The notes: generated by a model not told the origin, from the sequence alone. A stretch of DNA of 64,000 nucleotides from Chrysomallon squamiferum (GCA_012295275.1 CM022665.1:6510001-6574000), one strand, 5' to 3'. Counted from the stretch's first letter, positions 23,469 to 37,003 are shown. Program-made: numbers and translations.

Positions 23469-25248
23469 GTGAGTTTTGTTTTAAGATCTGGTGATGTGAA
23501 TGAAGGTTATTTTGAATCATTTTAAGCAACATATTTTTACTATTTATATTAAGGACGTATACTCTATGCTAATTATAAAATGTCTAAACAAAATGTTGTG
23601 TTATTAAACTAAAATAAAAGTAAAGGCCTTAATATTTGTTCTAATCTAGTGAATCATAGATTATTACTGTATACTAAGAATATACGACATGGCTGGAATT
23701 TACTGTGTTCAAAATTGTTGACAGTTTTTGGCTATATGTAAGTGAAACTGCTCTGATACATCAAAGAGTTCTTTTATCAACAAAAATAATTATTTTATAA
23801 ACAACTGACAGAAAAGCATAACTGTGTCCTTTTATTAATGACTGATGGTATTGGGAAATAGCCCATTGGTGCACTAAGAACATCAATGATGACCAAGACC
23901 ATCATGCTAATTGCTGAAGCTGACCAGATAGTATAAATATTCTAAAGAATAATAACAACAACAATAACAAAATAATTAAAGCAATTTCTCAATTTCTGAT
24001 TGACAAAACTGTCTTTACTTTTATTTATTTTTTTAATTTATTAATTACATCTGTTATTTTGTGTTTATTTAGACATATAAAGGAGCATTTAGAGAATGTT
24101 ATAGACAAGAATAAAGATGAAATGACCGATGAAGAACTAGAGTTCCACTATTTTAAAATGCATGACTATGACAACAACAATAAACTTGATGGTGTAGAGA
24201 TTGGCAAGGCTCTTACTCATTACCACGGAAGTAAGTTTTTAAAATATTAAACCTATACTTACAACAAGATTTATATTTTGAAATGATTAAAAATTATTTA
24301 TTTGAAAAATCATTCAGATAATAGCTATGTTTTTGTATTAATAAAGGTTAAATGCTGTTGATTCCAAAGTTATTCAGTATTTTATTAGACACACTATTTA
24401 TTCATTTTATTTAATGATTTATATACCTGTTCATATTAACTAGTTCCGGTGTGTACAAACATACACATAAGACAGTAACTTGTAATTATAAAAAATATTA
24501 GACAAATATTCTTGTTAAGAAATGGTACTTGTAAAATTGTGAATCTGTTATGAAACAAGTGCAGTAACTAAAATAATTGTCATCAACCACATTATAATCT
24601 ATCAAAAATAAAAATAAAATAGTAAATATTGTAAATTTGTAAACTAATTACTAAAATTTATTAATTATTTCACATGAATAATTTTTAATATTAGTTATTA
24701 TCCATTATTTTAGTTTAATATTTTGAAGTAGACACTGTTAGAAATTAACCATAATTAAATCTTTATTACTTAACATAGTGTTTGATTGTTACTGCATAAA
24801 GCTTTTAAGTAACTTGTATGAGTATATAACTATATATATATAATGAAAAGTACAAAATATTACTGGTTCACCTGATATGCTTTACTGATATTTTATTTTA
24901 TTTAATTTTAATTTTTGTTTGTTTTGAGAATACCAAGTTGATGTTATCCATTATTTTATGCCATACATATAAATACATCTGTATTTTTATCTAAACTTTT
25001 TTTTTTTTTTTTTTTTTTTGTCAGTTGATAATGACAAAGGTGAGTTTCTGTTATTTTTTTCCTGCTTTAAATTTTTTATACCATATTTTTTTAATATTAT
25101 TTAATTTACATAGTTGTTGATGTTTTCACAAGTTAACATGATATTGTGGTCATTGTTTTTGGAATAGACAGTTAGGAAAATAAGTTATTATTAATTAACT
25201 TTTTTTAAGATTATTGTAATTTTATTAAATTTCAACAGCACCTTATGT

Positions 25249-25302
<54 letters not shown>

Positions 25303-25632
25303 ATATTTATATGTCTATACATATTCCATAAATGTAAATTTATATTTCTTATATTAAGTAATTAATTTCTTGGTTAATGGTGCATAATATATATTTTTTT
25401 AAAACTCTTTCGAGATATTAAAAAAAAACCATTAAAGAATTTGACTTTTACTTTCCTTCAGATTTAGAAAGTATAAAAATTTATACTAAGATTTATATAC
25501 AGTTTTGATGTTCATTAAAATAGTATTTAACTTGTCCCTGTTGATGAGGATTTATACTTGTTTATATGGACTCAGGTTTATATGCATGCTTGTATGTTTA
25601 TACTAACCTTGTCAACTGTCTTTTAAAATAAC

Positions 25633-25663
<31 letters not shown>

Positions 25664-28263
25664 TACATGTTTTTATTAAAAGACCATGAATTACATTCTT
25701 ATATAGAGAAAACAATTGTGTTTATTAAAAATAATCTTTGTAATATTATTTTTATTTTTATTATTTTAAAATACACAGTTCTTTTTATGTAATTGTCTGT
25801 TTTTGATGATATAATTATTAAAATAAATATTAATTTAAAAAAAGTATATTAATAAAACATTTAATATGTGTATTTGTTTCTTTCAAATTTTGTAGCTTCT
25901 CTTTCTTTTTCCTTTTTTATATCATGGACTACTTTTTAAAATCTTTAATACATCATTCCCATATGTCTAGACATTTTTATGTAGAATTTTAATTCCTGCT
26001 TTTATCTTTAACCTTTTTTTTTTTTTTTGTTTCTTGACATGAAATGTTTAAATAAATAAATTTTATTGTCTTTTTCTGTATGTAAAAATGGTTGGAAACA
26101 CATGGTTAATGCAAAAGTTTTGAAATACGTTACAGTCAGAGCAAAGATAAATTAACATTTTTGACTAAACATTGTAAATTATGATCTTTCACAAAACCAG
26201 ACAATGTAAAATCAAAATATTCTGCAACTTTCAGAAAAAAATGTAATTGTTGTATATATCATTTTCCAAAAACAAGCACTAAAACAAATCCTAAAAATAT
26301 TAAATATTATTAATTTAAAAATCATATTTTTTTTAATAATTACAGTTTATACAGAAAAATGAAATAAACACTTTGTTTGTTATATTAATGCATTATTTCA
26401 TTTTAACAGCAGCGATGTTTAGTTCAGATTTATATTTTGGCAATAATCACAGGGAACTGTTCAAAAGAATTACTGATAAGAGTTATGCCCCTTGCTTTAA
26501 ACATGTAAGGAATATGTTTTTTGAGGTTTGCCCTTTCCTTGACATAAAAAACATCCAGATTACATAGCTAATTTATTATCATGTAGATCTTTAATAAACT
26601 TTAAAAAAATCTTTATGTATTATAATATAATCTTGACTGATATGTGTATTTTATTTTGAGCTAGCATGTATCCTTTATTGTTATAGTTGAAAATATATCA
26701 ATAATGTACTCAGTCCCTCAGTTAATATTTTCATTCTGTATATGAAAAGACATCATCTTGGAAACTGTTATTTCATGCTTTGTTGTTAACAAAGATTGTT
26801 TGCAATAACCAAATATAATAACAGGTTGGAAGTACACCAAATGTCAGCTGTATCTCTAGCTATAGCCAGAATACCAGTCAAATAGAATTTATGGAATATA
26901 AATACAGACAGTTTTCATGTTTTATTTTTTCAAATTAAGAAAAGGCTGAGTTATATATTAATTGCTATTGAATATAGCTAAAGTTAAAATATTAATTATG
27001 TTAAATATACAATTATCACATTCTTACAAAATAGTAATAACATTCTGTTTATAAAAACACACACACTGTTCCTAGAAAATTACATACATATTTTGAAAGA
27101 TACATTTATATATTGCTGATTTAATGCAAACAGTATACCTTAACAATTTAATAAAGAGCTGCAGAAAATAAATTATGACTCACTCTATCTTATGTTTTTA
27201 ATTCTCTACAAAACATATAAATATATTGATTATTTATCATCTTATATGTAAAGTTTACATAGAAGAAATTCATAATATTTTTACTTTTTTATTTAATGAA
27301 CATTTTTAATCTCTTAGATTTGAAAACTGTGTACACTGAAATAATTTATTGTAACCATCTGTATATAAAAATATTTATTTATTTATTATTATCATTTTAA
27401 TTATTATTTTAATCTGTCATGGATCAATTAAGATGACAGCTGAAACAGATCATGTTTATACTGTGTACACTAAAATAATTAAATGCATAATATGTTGATA
27501 TTTAAGATACAGGATATCAAAGTAAATTCATACCATTGTATTTGGTTAGATTTATATGCTGTATTTATGAAAGAGTGCAAATATTTTAATTCAGTGTTAA
27601 ATATAATTCCTCATTAAAGCCATGCAAAATTAATCAATTTATTAAAAGATTTTACTTTCACTTACTGTTTTATGTATATCTAATATATAAACTAATGTAT
27701 ACACAAACATTTTAAATTTCCTTTTTTACATGTTTTTTTTTATGTAAATGATTTTTTAAATAATATGTTTTAAATTTAAATGTTTATAGACATATATCTT
27801 TCTTCTCAAGTTGTAGTTGTCATTTCTCACTTCTGCTCATAAGATTATTTATAATCAAACTGATGAAGTCAAGATTTCTTCTTCCAAATTTCCAAAACTG
27901 TTGTTTAAAAGTAAGCACATGATTTCAGAAAGAAAGAAAAAAAAAAAAAAGGATTTATGGCAGTAATTAATTTTTTATATGACTTTTATTAAAAGACTAA
28001 ATGAGGCCTGACTGTATGGAAGCACTAATTACGATTACATTGTAATTCGCCACTGATTGAATGTCTCACCATGCATATTTAACTGTTAGCACCAGCCTTT
28101 CCTCCTGGGATTCCACTGTCCCTGCCCCCATCATTGCACACCCCAGGATGTCGCTATTTCAATTACTGTTCAACAAAGATGTTTGGAGGTTTGTCTTCAC
28201 ACTCTGACAGTTCTCACCCAGAGGGCAAACACAGAGCTGTGAAGTCAGTCTGCTTCATTCTTA

Positions 28264-28302
<39 letters not shown>

Positions 28303-30079
28303 ATGTGAGCAGAGTTTCACAGGAGTCTCCAAATGGTACATGAAGAGCTTTTTGTGTAAAGGTTATCAGTATTTTATAGAAGAGCTGTTCAGAAAGTGTA
28401 TATGCATTAGAGTTCCCTCAGCTCTTGGAACTGACAGAAAAGTTAATTTAATTACATCTGGAAATGGATGTTAGCCCTGGCTATTTGTAGTTGCGTGTTT
28501 GGTTGACGCCAGATGGCATGTTAGTCTCATGTAATGCACTGGTTTTCAAGAGGTGCTATTTTCTTGCCATAGGCCTAATGACAGAGGCCCTCTCTACACA
28601 ATAGCTCTGTCCCGAAATGATCGCTGGAATTACAACATCACTAGGAGTGGCTCTCCAATGTTAAAATCTCCATTAGACGTAATCAGGCATGATGAGTTGA
28701 TCCAAGTCAACTCACAGTCACACTTTGTGTGCTTCATGTTAACAAATTAGTGTTCATGTTAATGAACTTTGTTTGTTAGAAAGGTGGTCAAAGTCACTAA
28801 CAAGACATGTTTATATTACAGATTTAATAATACAGCTAATTAGACTAACAGATATCCATTCCACTATCAGCATATGGATCTGCATAAAATTAATATTGAG
28901 GTTAATAGTTGTAATGTGACCTAATGATTACATTTTTTTTGTTTTTTTGACTGCTTTGACTGAAAGTTTAGTGTTTGATGAAATTAATAAAAAATGAAAA
29001 TAGAAATAGAAAAAAACCCTGAAAAAAAACCCAGGAAAAGTCTCAAAAACATTGTTATTTTTTATTGTTGAGATTTTATCAAATTATTTTCTTGAGCTCT
29101 TTTTTTTTTTTTCAATATCTGTTACATACAAATTGTAATAAACTTCACTGTTACTTAATTTTTGATACCTTAGTTTATCACAGTATTTCAGTGACCTCTG
29201 ACAAAAATAAAAACAAAATTATTTTTACATTTTTATGATTATTATTATTATCATTATCTTAAATAATGTATATATGTTTTGCATGTGGTTATATTGTGCA
29301 TGTTTATTGTTAATTCATCTTTGTGTTGTTGGTTCATTTTGTAATAATCTGTAGATAAGTTTAATGGTAAAACGGTTAACTTAGTTTTTCTTTTGTATTG
29401 GTTGCTGATGGTTGCTGTTGTTGCTTTTGTTGTTGTGATGTGTAACTCGTATAAAGCATGATATATTCAGTGCTTGTTTGCATGTTAGTGTGTTGTCAAG
29501 TTCTCTTTGAAGGATATGAATACTTGTTACATGTATTTGTCGTATAGATGTCTTGTGATTTTCTGTCATAATTTAGAAATAGCAGTTAAGCTGAACATAA
29601 AATAATTTTTTTTATCTCTTCTTTTTTGTTAAAGTGCAACATCAGAATATAGTTAATATACTGTAAATTTTGACATGTCTGTTAAGCAAAAACATTTTTT
29701 AAGGGATTTAACATCTAGATCTATGTGAGCTGAAATTTTACAGACAATTGTGGAGGGCGAATGATTTATAGGCCTAGTAAAAGTTTCTTGAATAACAAAA
29801 AAAAAAAAAAAAGAAAATCATTCTGATTACTTCAGATAGTTGCTGATTATGAATATGTTAGTGATAACTGTAATGATGTAATGGTTTTAGAAAGTTCATT
29901 TAATTTTTTCAGACAATCCCTCAAAAACCGAAGATACAAAAGTATTTTCTGATGATGAAATATCAAATATTGTTGATGCAGTTCTCAAGGAGCATGATCA
30001 GACTGATGATGGATATATAACATACCATGAATTCAAGCAGGCTCAGAAAAAAGCATCACCACCACCAGTTGAAGTTTAA
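23176..30079 (+). CDS. MCFD2: Multiple coagulation factor deficiency protein 2 homolog, isoform A (210 aa); join(23176..23468, 24073..24230, 25025..25039, 29913..30079)
   Basis: Signal peptide, Q/H-rich region, then the MCFD2 hallmark EHIKEHLE...[33 protein letters not shown] (EF-hand 1) and [30 protein letters not shown] (EF-hand 2). Intron phases 2, 1, 1 are consistent. Confidence 0.9.
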
Positions 30080-33000
30080 TCCCCACAAGTTAATATATTA
30101 TTGTGAAACTTTAACCTGTTTAGCACAATTAAGTTTTAACGCATTTAATCCAGATCATATCTGACAATTACAAAATCAAATCTGTTTAATTTTAAATTAT
30201 TTATTTGTTTACTTACTCATATTGTTTTTATTGGGGTTTTTTGTATTTTATTATTATTGTTATTATTATTATTATTTAATAATATTTCAAGAGATTTCAG
30301 TTAATTTTTAACTGATTGTTACCAAATATTTTTCAAGTGAATTCATTTCTGTAATGGTGCTGGACTTGCTTTTTCAGTGTTCACTATAATGTAAATGAAA
30401 ACAATGTTTAGATTAAATTATTTTTTTTAATAATAATTATCATTAATTTGATATTTGTCTTTTACTTTGAAATCACCAATTATTTAACATAGTATCTGTG
30501 TTAGTACTCCTGTCAGTTCCTTAGCACTTACACTGGGTTTTTTTGTTGTAATTTACATTAATTTCACTGTCCATTCCATAATACTTACTCTGTTTGTTCA
30601 TTATATTATTACTACTATGGATACTTACATTGTATGTATTTTGTGTTCTATGTTATTGACAGTCAAAGCATTAAGGCTTTAAAAGAAATTCAGGCTAATT
30701 TTTAATATATATATATTTTTTTTATTATTATTATTATTATTTTTATTTATTTATTTTTATTTTATTTTTTTTTTTTTTCTAAAATTGATGCAAAAATAAA
30801 GATTTTAAATGTGTGAGAAGTGCCAAAATTCTCAATTTCCAGTGGTGCCTGTTAACCTTCTTTTGTGTTATTAAACAACAGTTTTATAAAACATACAATT
30901 TATTTATTTTCTAAATAATCAAAATTGAAAATTTTAAAGAATCTTCTTCATGAACCCTTTGTTCGCGTCTGGATTGGGTTTAATGTATATTTAAGACAAT
31001 ATATTATTATATATTTTTTATTATGAGTAATTTGAGGTGTTATTTCAAAAGAAAAAATCAAAATAACAAAACATGTTTGAAATACTATTAATATTATTTT
31101 TTTTTTTTTTTCTGTCACACAAGTTATTGTTTGTTTTAAATTAGCAGTAGTGAGAAATGGTTATAGCAGCAAAAGCAGTAGGAGATAAACCTTCTAAAAT
31201 AACATTGTAAAACTTTGATAAATACACAAATATTTCCCTAATTTTTATTATGTTTTTATATGTACAATTTGTTAATTTATTTATTTACATCTTACTGTTT
31301 TTATTAACATTGTTCCTATAAATGTCTTATATTTAATTTTCTTTTATTTATTTATGTATTTATTTATATGTTTAACAGATTTTGAGAAATTTTATAACAT
31401 TATTAACGATATATTTAAAACACTTCATATTTATGTAAATTTGCCCATAACAATAATGAAAGACATAAACTGGAATAAAATGTCAAAAACCTCAGTTATC
31501 AAAATGTTGTGAAGATGTTAATTTCAAATCTACATACAAACATGTAATTAACAAAGATATTTTTAAATGATAAATGAGGGGCAGGGATTTCAAATACTAA
31601 ATTCTTTGTTATTTTTGGAGTGTAAGATCTGATCTGTTTGAAATAAAATTTTGACAAGACATGCTGTGAATACATGTTTAAATATATGTAATATTAGTGT
31701 GCGTATCTATAATTTATATGAATCAATCTCTTAATCTCGTTTTTAATAACTGTTTTATTATTCAAACTTACAAAAGTGTTTTCAGTGTTTATGTTTTACA
31801 TGTTATATGCACCAAAATGAACTGAAATATTAAATCGTAATGTTATAAAATATCATTTTTTATTTTCTAATTTTGCCTGGATGATGTAAATTTGTAATAT
31901 AAATGGTGCAGATATGTGTGACATCCCTTTAATAGTTTCTTTTTTGATGATTATTATTATTATTATTACTTTTTGTTGTTGTTGTTACAGTGGAGGTAGC
32001 TAGGTGTAACATGTTTGACAAATGTACATTGTTTCAGTTCTCTGGCCATTGGTTAAAACCGACAGAGTGCTTTGAAAGCAAGAAAGTTGTATTTTTTTAT
32101 AGGTTTGTGCTCAGAAGTAAATGCTTAATTGACAGATAAATTAGTAAGGCAAACTCAGTTGTTAGTATTTATTTCCAGTGTATTTTGACATAGTTTAATG
32201 TCAATTAGACACATTCAGTTTTGTAGCATATCGGTGATATGAATGTCAAGTATGCTAAAAGAAAAGAAATTGTACCAGTCAAATTTATTCAATCAAGAAC
32301 TGGTAAATAATGTAATATGTATGTGGCCATTCACTTTCTCACCTTGTGGGTGGTTTTCAGTATTTTAAAATTTCAAATCGTAGTCACAATTTTATTACAG
32401 AGCTTAAGAGAATGATTTATATAAGTAGTGGGAACATGGGTTTTTTTTTCATTTTTTTTTTTTTTCATTTAGTGCATAATTAAATTTGTTGTAGTATACA
32501 CTTGTATGTTTAATTGTGTGTTTTAGAAATAAATGTGTACAGAATTAAAACTGAATGGAGATCTGGACATATGAGGAAGAAGTTTGATTGTTGTTTAACA
32601 CAAATTTCTGTTCTAAAAAAAACATTTTCATAATTTTTTACATTCAGAAAACAACAACATTAATACATAATGGAAATACAGTAGCAGAGACAAAACGTTG
32701 TGTATGTTCTTAATTTGGTAAATTATAAGTTTGATATTAAAACAAAATTGTATTCAAATTTAGCATATTCATATACACATGTGCTGTTATTTATCCCCCA
32801 AAAAAATGATTTTTTTCTGTTATTATTTTATAATTAGTTTTTTGTTGTTTTTTTAATTTGGGATTACAAAACAATTAAAGAAAAAACAAATATAATTATT
32901 GTAGTCCATGACATTAAGATTGCAGCAGCAATGTTATCAACTTTGACAGACAAAACTAGGAGGTATTATTTACATTTAACTTTTTACTAAAAATACTTAA

Positions 33001-33771
33001 GATTATAAGAACTGTTTGTTTAACAGGTAAAATCCGTTTCAAAATATATCAACAGTAATTTGATTAACATATCTTTATATGTTAATTATTTGTTGTGTAT
33101 TAAAACTTAAAACATTCTTGTTTCAGATTTAACATTCCACTGTTGTTTTGATATATTATCATAATGTTATTAATTTAATACCTTTACTAGTTATATATTT
33201 CTTTTAATTTTATTTTAAAATATTTCGTTTTAGTTCCTCTTTTAGTTGTATTATATTTAACACATTTTTATTTTTAATTTAAAAAAAATATTACCAGCAC
33301 TAATATGTTCTTGTTTTGTGATGTCACAATCATATACAGTCAGCACAATATTTCTAGTCAAGAATCTGTCATCAAGTTTTTACATTTTTTATGCAGTAAT
33401 TTACTTAGTATTTGTAGTTGATTATGATATATATTTGTTACAATCTTTATGAATTAAAAACAACTAAATTTTAGTTTAAAACAAAAATCATGAACTGGTA
33501 TAAATAAGTTGTTTATTTTTAATCTGATTAATTCAGAGACTAATTATTGCAAGTAGCATCCTAGACAGTTTTAGGGTATTGAACCTCCAGGAGAACCTGG
33601 CCATCATGAATTATATAGTTTTATTTAGCTTTGAAAAAAAAGAAAAAAATTAAAATTACATTTAATTAAAATTAATCTCACACTAGTCTAGAATAAATGT
33701 GCTCTTTATCATTAGACTTCAATTTTTTTATGATAGATATTGAAAACAAAAATGACGGGATTTTAATTCAT

Positions 33772-33812
<41 letters not shown>

Positions 33813-35148
33813 ATTTTTTATTATTTAACCCAGTTACATTTTTATATTAATCTTGTTCAACTGTATTTAATTTTACAGAAACAAATCTTTGTGTAAGATT
33901 TGGTATTTTTCTCTGATAGTAAGAATTGAGATGATGTCCTATAAGGGACTCTAACTAAGTGAAAGCTCAGCAGATATTTGGACTGTTACAACTGCTCTCT
34001 AGAGAATGATTATTACACTCCCAGTGACCACTGATATCACTTTTCACCCAAAGTGTCTCAGATCTGTGTTGTTTAAAATTATAAGCACTTACAAGCAGAG
34101 TTACGGAAATAATTTGTCAAAAGGAAAAGTTAAAATTGATATTTGAAAATAATTCTGTTAATATCAGCAGTCAAGTTCACTGATCGTGTTTCAATGATTT
34201 ATTCATTAAGATGTGAAGGTTTTACACTGTTAATGCATTAACAGTATGACAATGTAGATTCCTAGAATTTTGTATTTAACTGTGTTAAAATATATACTTA
34301 CAACAACTGGGGTTTATTTTAAATTCAAACTGTGAAAAAGGTTTATATTTAGTTTAGAAATCCTGTATCACTACTTTAGAAATCCATTTGAAGTAAGTTG
34401 TTTATAGCCACTGTTTTCTGTGTGTTGTTCGTTATTGGTGTTAGGGTGTTTTTGTTATAACTTGATGGTGAAAGGGCATTTTCTAGTTCAGAAGATAATT
34501 TTTCTCTTCAGTAATATGGTTTTGTAATTTTCAACTACAAGACATATATATATTTTTTTCTTTTTTATATGTAAAAAAAAATATTTATAATCAAAATGAT
34601 TTACTTTTGTCAGTAAGAATTTTATCTTGGATGCTTTAAAAGTATCTGATTTTAAATATCTGTGTCTAATATGACATGAAATCAAATGACTACAGTGTGA
34701 TGCGTCACTGTTCTGACAATGAACTATATTTGATAATCACCCTGAAAACCTTGTGTTGCCAAATAACACTTAACAAATAAATATTTTCACATTGTTGTCA
34801 TTGTAGTTTTTATTTAGAAATTGTTCGAACTTAATTATCAGATGAAGTGATGTCTGTTCTGCTTTTCAGTGAAGAAGAGATTGTCGAAAACAAAAACAGA
34901 TGTTACGAAGATAAAAAGATAGATTCTAAACAGTCTCACACACACACACACACACTTAATATGTACAAACAGATGTGTACATAAATGTACACACATAAAA
35001 TTAGGAATGTTAATATTTAAAGTATAAATCATGTTGGGTATTGTTTTTATTAATAACCTCCATACAGGCAGATTTTGGATATACTGAGTCTGTTTTTTCA
35101 TTGTATGCAAATCAACATTAATAGGCACAGTTAACTGCTGACACATCT

Positions 35149-35179
<31 letters not shown>

Positions 35180-35617
35180 ATATGTATGTATTAGCTGACA
35201 AATAGATTTCAATATAGAATTTATTTTAATAGAATAAATGGATTCTTGAAGTGATTTCTATACAAGTTGAGAGAAAGAAAAATCACACCCATTATTCCAC
35301 TAGATACTGCTTTCAGTTAAACTAGATAGGTTTTTTTTTATTTATATGCATATATATACATACAGATACACATACACACACACAGATGAAGAAAAATATA
35401 TTTTATCTTTGACAGATCAAACATACAGGAAATTATGATTTTTGATAAATCAAACACATATAGGAGAAAAAACTAAACATAATATGATCTGACAGATCTA
35501 ACATAATCATTTGTGAGAAAATACGTAACACTCAGGTGATCTGAGTTTGTGAGTCACGGAACTAAGACAAGCAATTTCCCATTCTTACTATGAATATTTT
35601 GGGCTCTGCAGGAAATG

Positions 35618-35648
<31 letters not shown>

Positions 35649-36289
35649 ATAAATGGTCCCTTGCTGCCCATTTACAATATTAATATTTAAAAAAAATGAG
35701 TTAAAGCATGGATAAAGATGTGTTAAAAACTATAAACACAAGTAACACATTTTCTGCAGTTTAGACTATGGTATACTTTACAATCTATGTTGTTGTGTTT
35801 TTTTACCTCACAGTGGCACCTTACAAGCTTTATATATTAACGATCCTAAATATTCTGTCATTGCAATTTTGTTTCTATTAATATTTGACTGATTAAAAAG
35901 ATAAAAATCATTATTATTTTTATTCAAATGTTAATCTTCACTATAGCCGATTTGTTTTTGAGTGTATTTTTGAGGGGTTTTTTAATAGGGTTTTTTTTTT
36001 TTTTTTTTTTTTTTTCTGTTTAGGCTTGAGAATTACACTTTAGAACAATTATGCATGACTAATTTTCATCTTAACTTGGCAAAAATAATTTTATTTACAT
36101 TCAGATGACAATAAAAAAATACCTACAGCATCAGATGTCACAATTTCTGGCAGTGTTGATGAAATACTAAAACAGTACGACATTAACGATGATGGCTACA
36201 TCGAATACGCTGAATTTATAACAGCTCAAAAACGGGAACAAACGGGGAAGGACGGGGTAACAGAGGAGAACGGACCAACCGTTCGGTGA
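23176..36289 (+). CDS. MCFD2: MCFD2 homolog, isoform B (216 aa); join(23176..23468, 24073..24230, 25025..25039, 36105..36289)
   Basis: Same upstream exons, spliced in phase 1 to a second terminal exon encoding [33 protein letters not shown]...*. Confidence 0.8.
24073..24230 (+). CDS. MCFD2: MCFD2 coding exon 2 (EF-hand 1)
   Basis: tttag|A CAT ATA AAG...GGA A|gtaagt. Confidence 0.95.
25025..25039 (+). CDS. MCFD2: MCFD2 15-nt symmetric microexon (IDNDK)
   Basis: Long T tract, gtcag|TTGATAATGACAAAG|gtgagt; phase 1-1, frame-preserving, strong splice sites. Confidence 0.75.
29913..30079 (+). CDS. MCFD2: MCFD2 alternative terminal exon A (EF-hand 2, variant A)
   Basis: ttttttcag|AC AAT CCC...GTT TAA; encodes [55 protein letters not shown]. 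Confidence 0.9.
36105..36289 (+). CDS. MCFD2: MCFD2 alternative terminal exon B (EF-hand 2, variant B)
   Basis: tttacattcag|AT GAC AAT...CGG TGA; encodes [61 protein letters not shown]. Confidence 0.83.
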
Positions 36290-36602
36290 ATGTGTTTGTG
36301 AGGTTTGTTATTAATATTTCAAAATTTAATTCACGTTATTTTTCATTATCGTTTTAAGAATTAGATCTATTAATTTTTTTTAACATCTAACTCTACTTTT
36401 CTTTATTTATTCATTTTCTGTTTCTTTCTGTCTATTGTTTTTTTATTTTTTATTATTATTATTATTTTTTTTATCTTTTCATCCTTTCAGATTTTTCATG
36501 GTCCTTAATATTTGTTTAGATATTAGAAATTTTGAAACTGGAAATTATCTCTATTTATTATTTTCTTTTTTCTTTCTTTATTTCTTTATAATTTTTTAAA
36601 TA

Positions 36603-36655
<53 letters not shown>

Positions 36656-36957
36656 TTAAATATAAATATATTCATGTATTTTGTTCTAACTTTTTACTTT
36701 ATATTAATATCATTATTATTATTATCCGGTTCGTTTTTTTTTTGTTTTTTTTCAGATCCAATATAATATTATGCATGAGGAAAACACATTGGAATAATTT
36801 ATCTATTTACAATTACCTTTTTATCTATATGTTTGAGTGAGTGTTATGTTCGTGTAAATGTTATATGCCCTACAAACTAACATATCCAAACATAAACATG
36901 GATTTGTAGAACTATATATATTGTTTGTGCTCTTTTTCATTTCATTTTGACTAATTA

Positions 36958-37003
<46 letters not shown>

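Noticed and set aside
23886-23923. C/D-box snoRNA-like ATGATGA...CTGA in an MCFD2 intron
   Set aside because: Only ~40 nt between the boxes, no terminal stem and no recognisable guide.
26668-26676. Perfect U12 donor-like GTATCCTTT in the MCFD2 intron, with TCATCTTAAC upstream of exon B
   Set aside because: No credible exon precedes it (only 3 or 7 nt after the nearest AGs). The putative branch site is imperfect and ~30 nt from the acceptor. The real upstream donors are U2-type.
30062-30079. PDZ-binding-like C-terminus (VEV*) of MCFD2 isoform A
   Set aside because: The protein has a signal peptide and is luminal, so a cytosolic PDZ ligand is not meaningful.
33931-34040. Possible C/D snoRNA (ATGATGT...ATGATTA...CTGA)
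   Set aside because: Imperfect box C, weak terminal stem and no rRNA/snRNA complement I can recognise.
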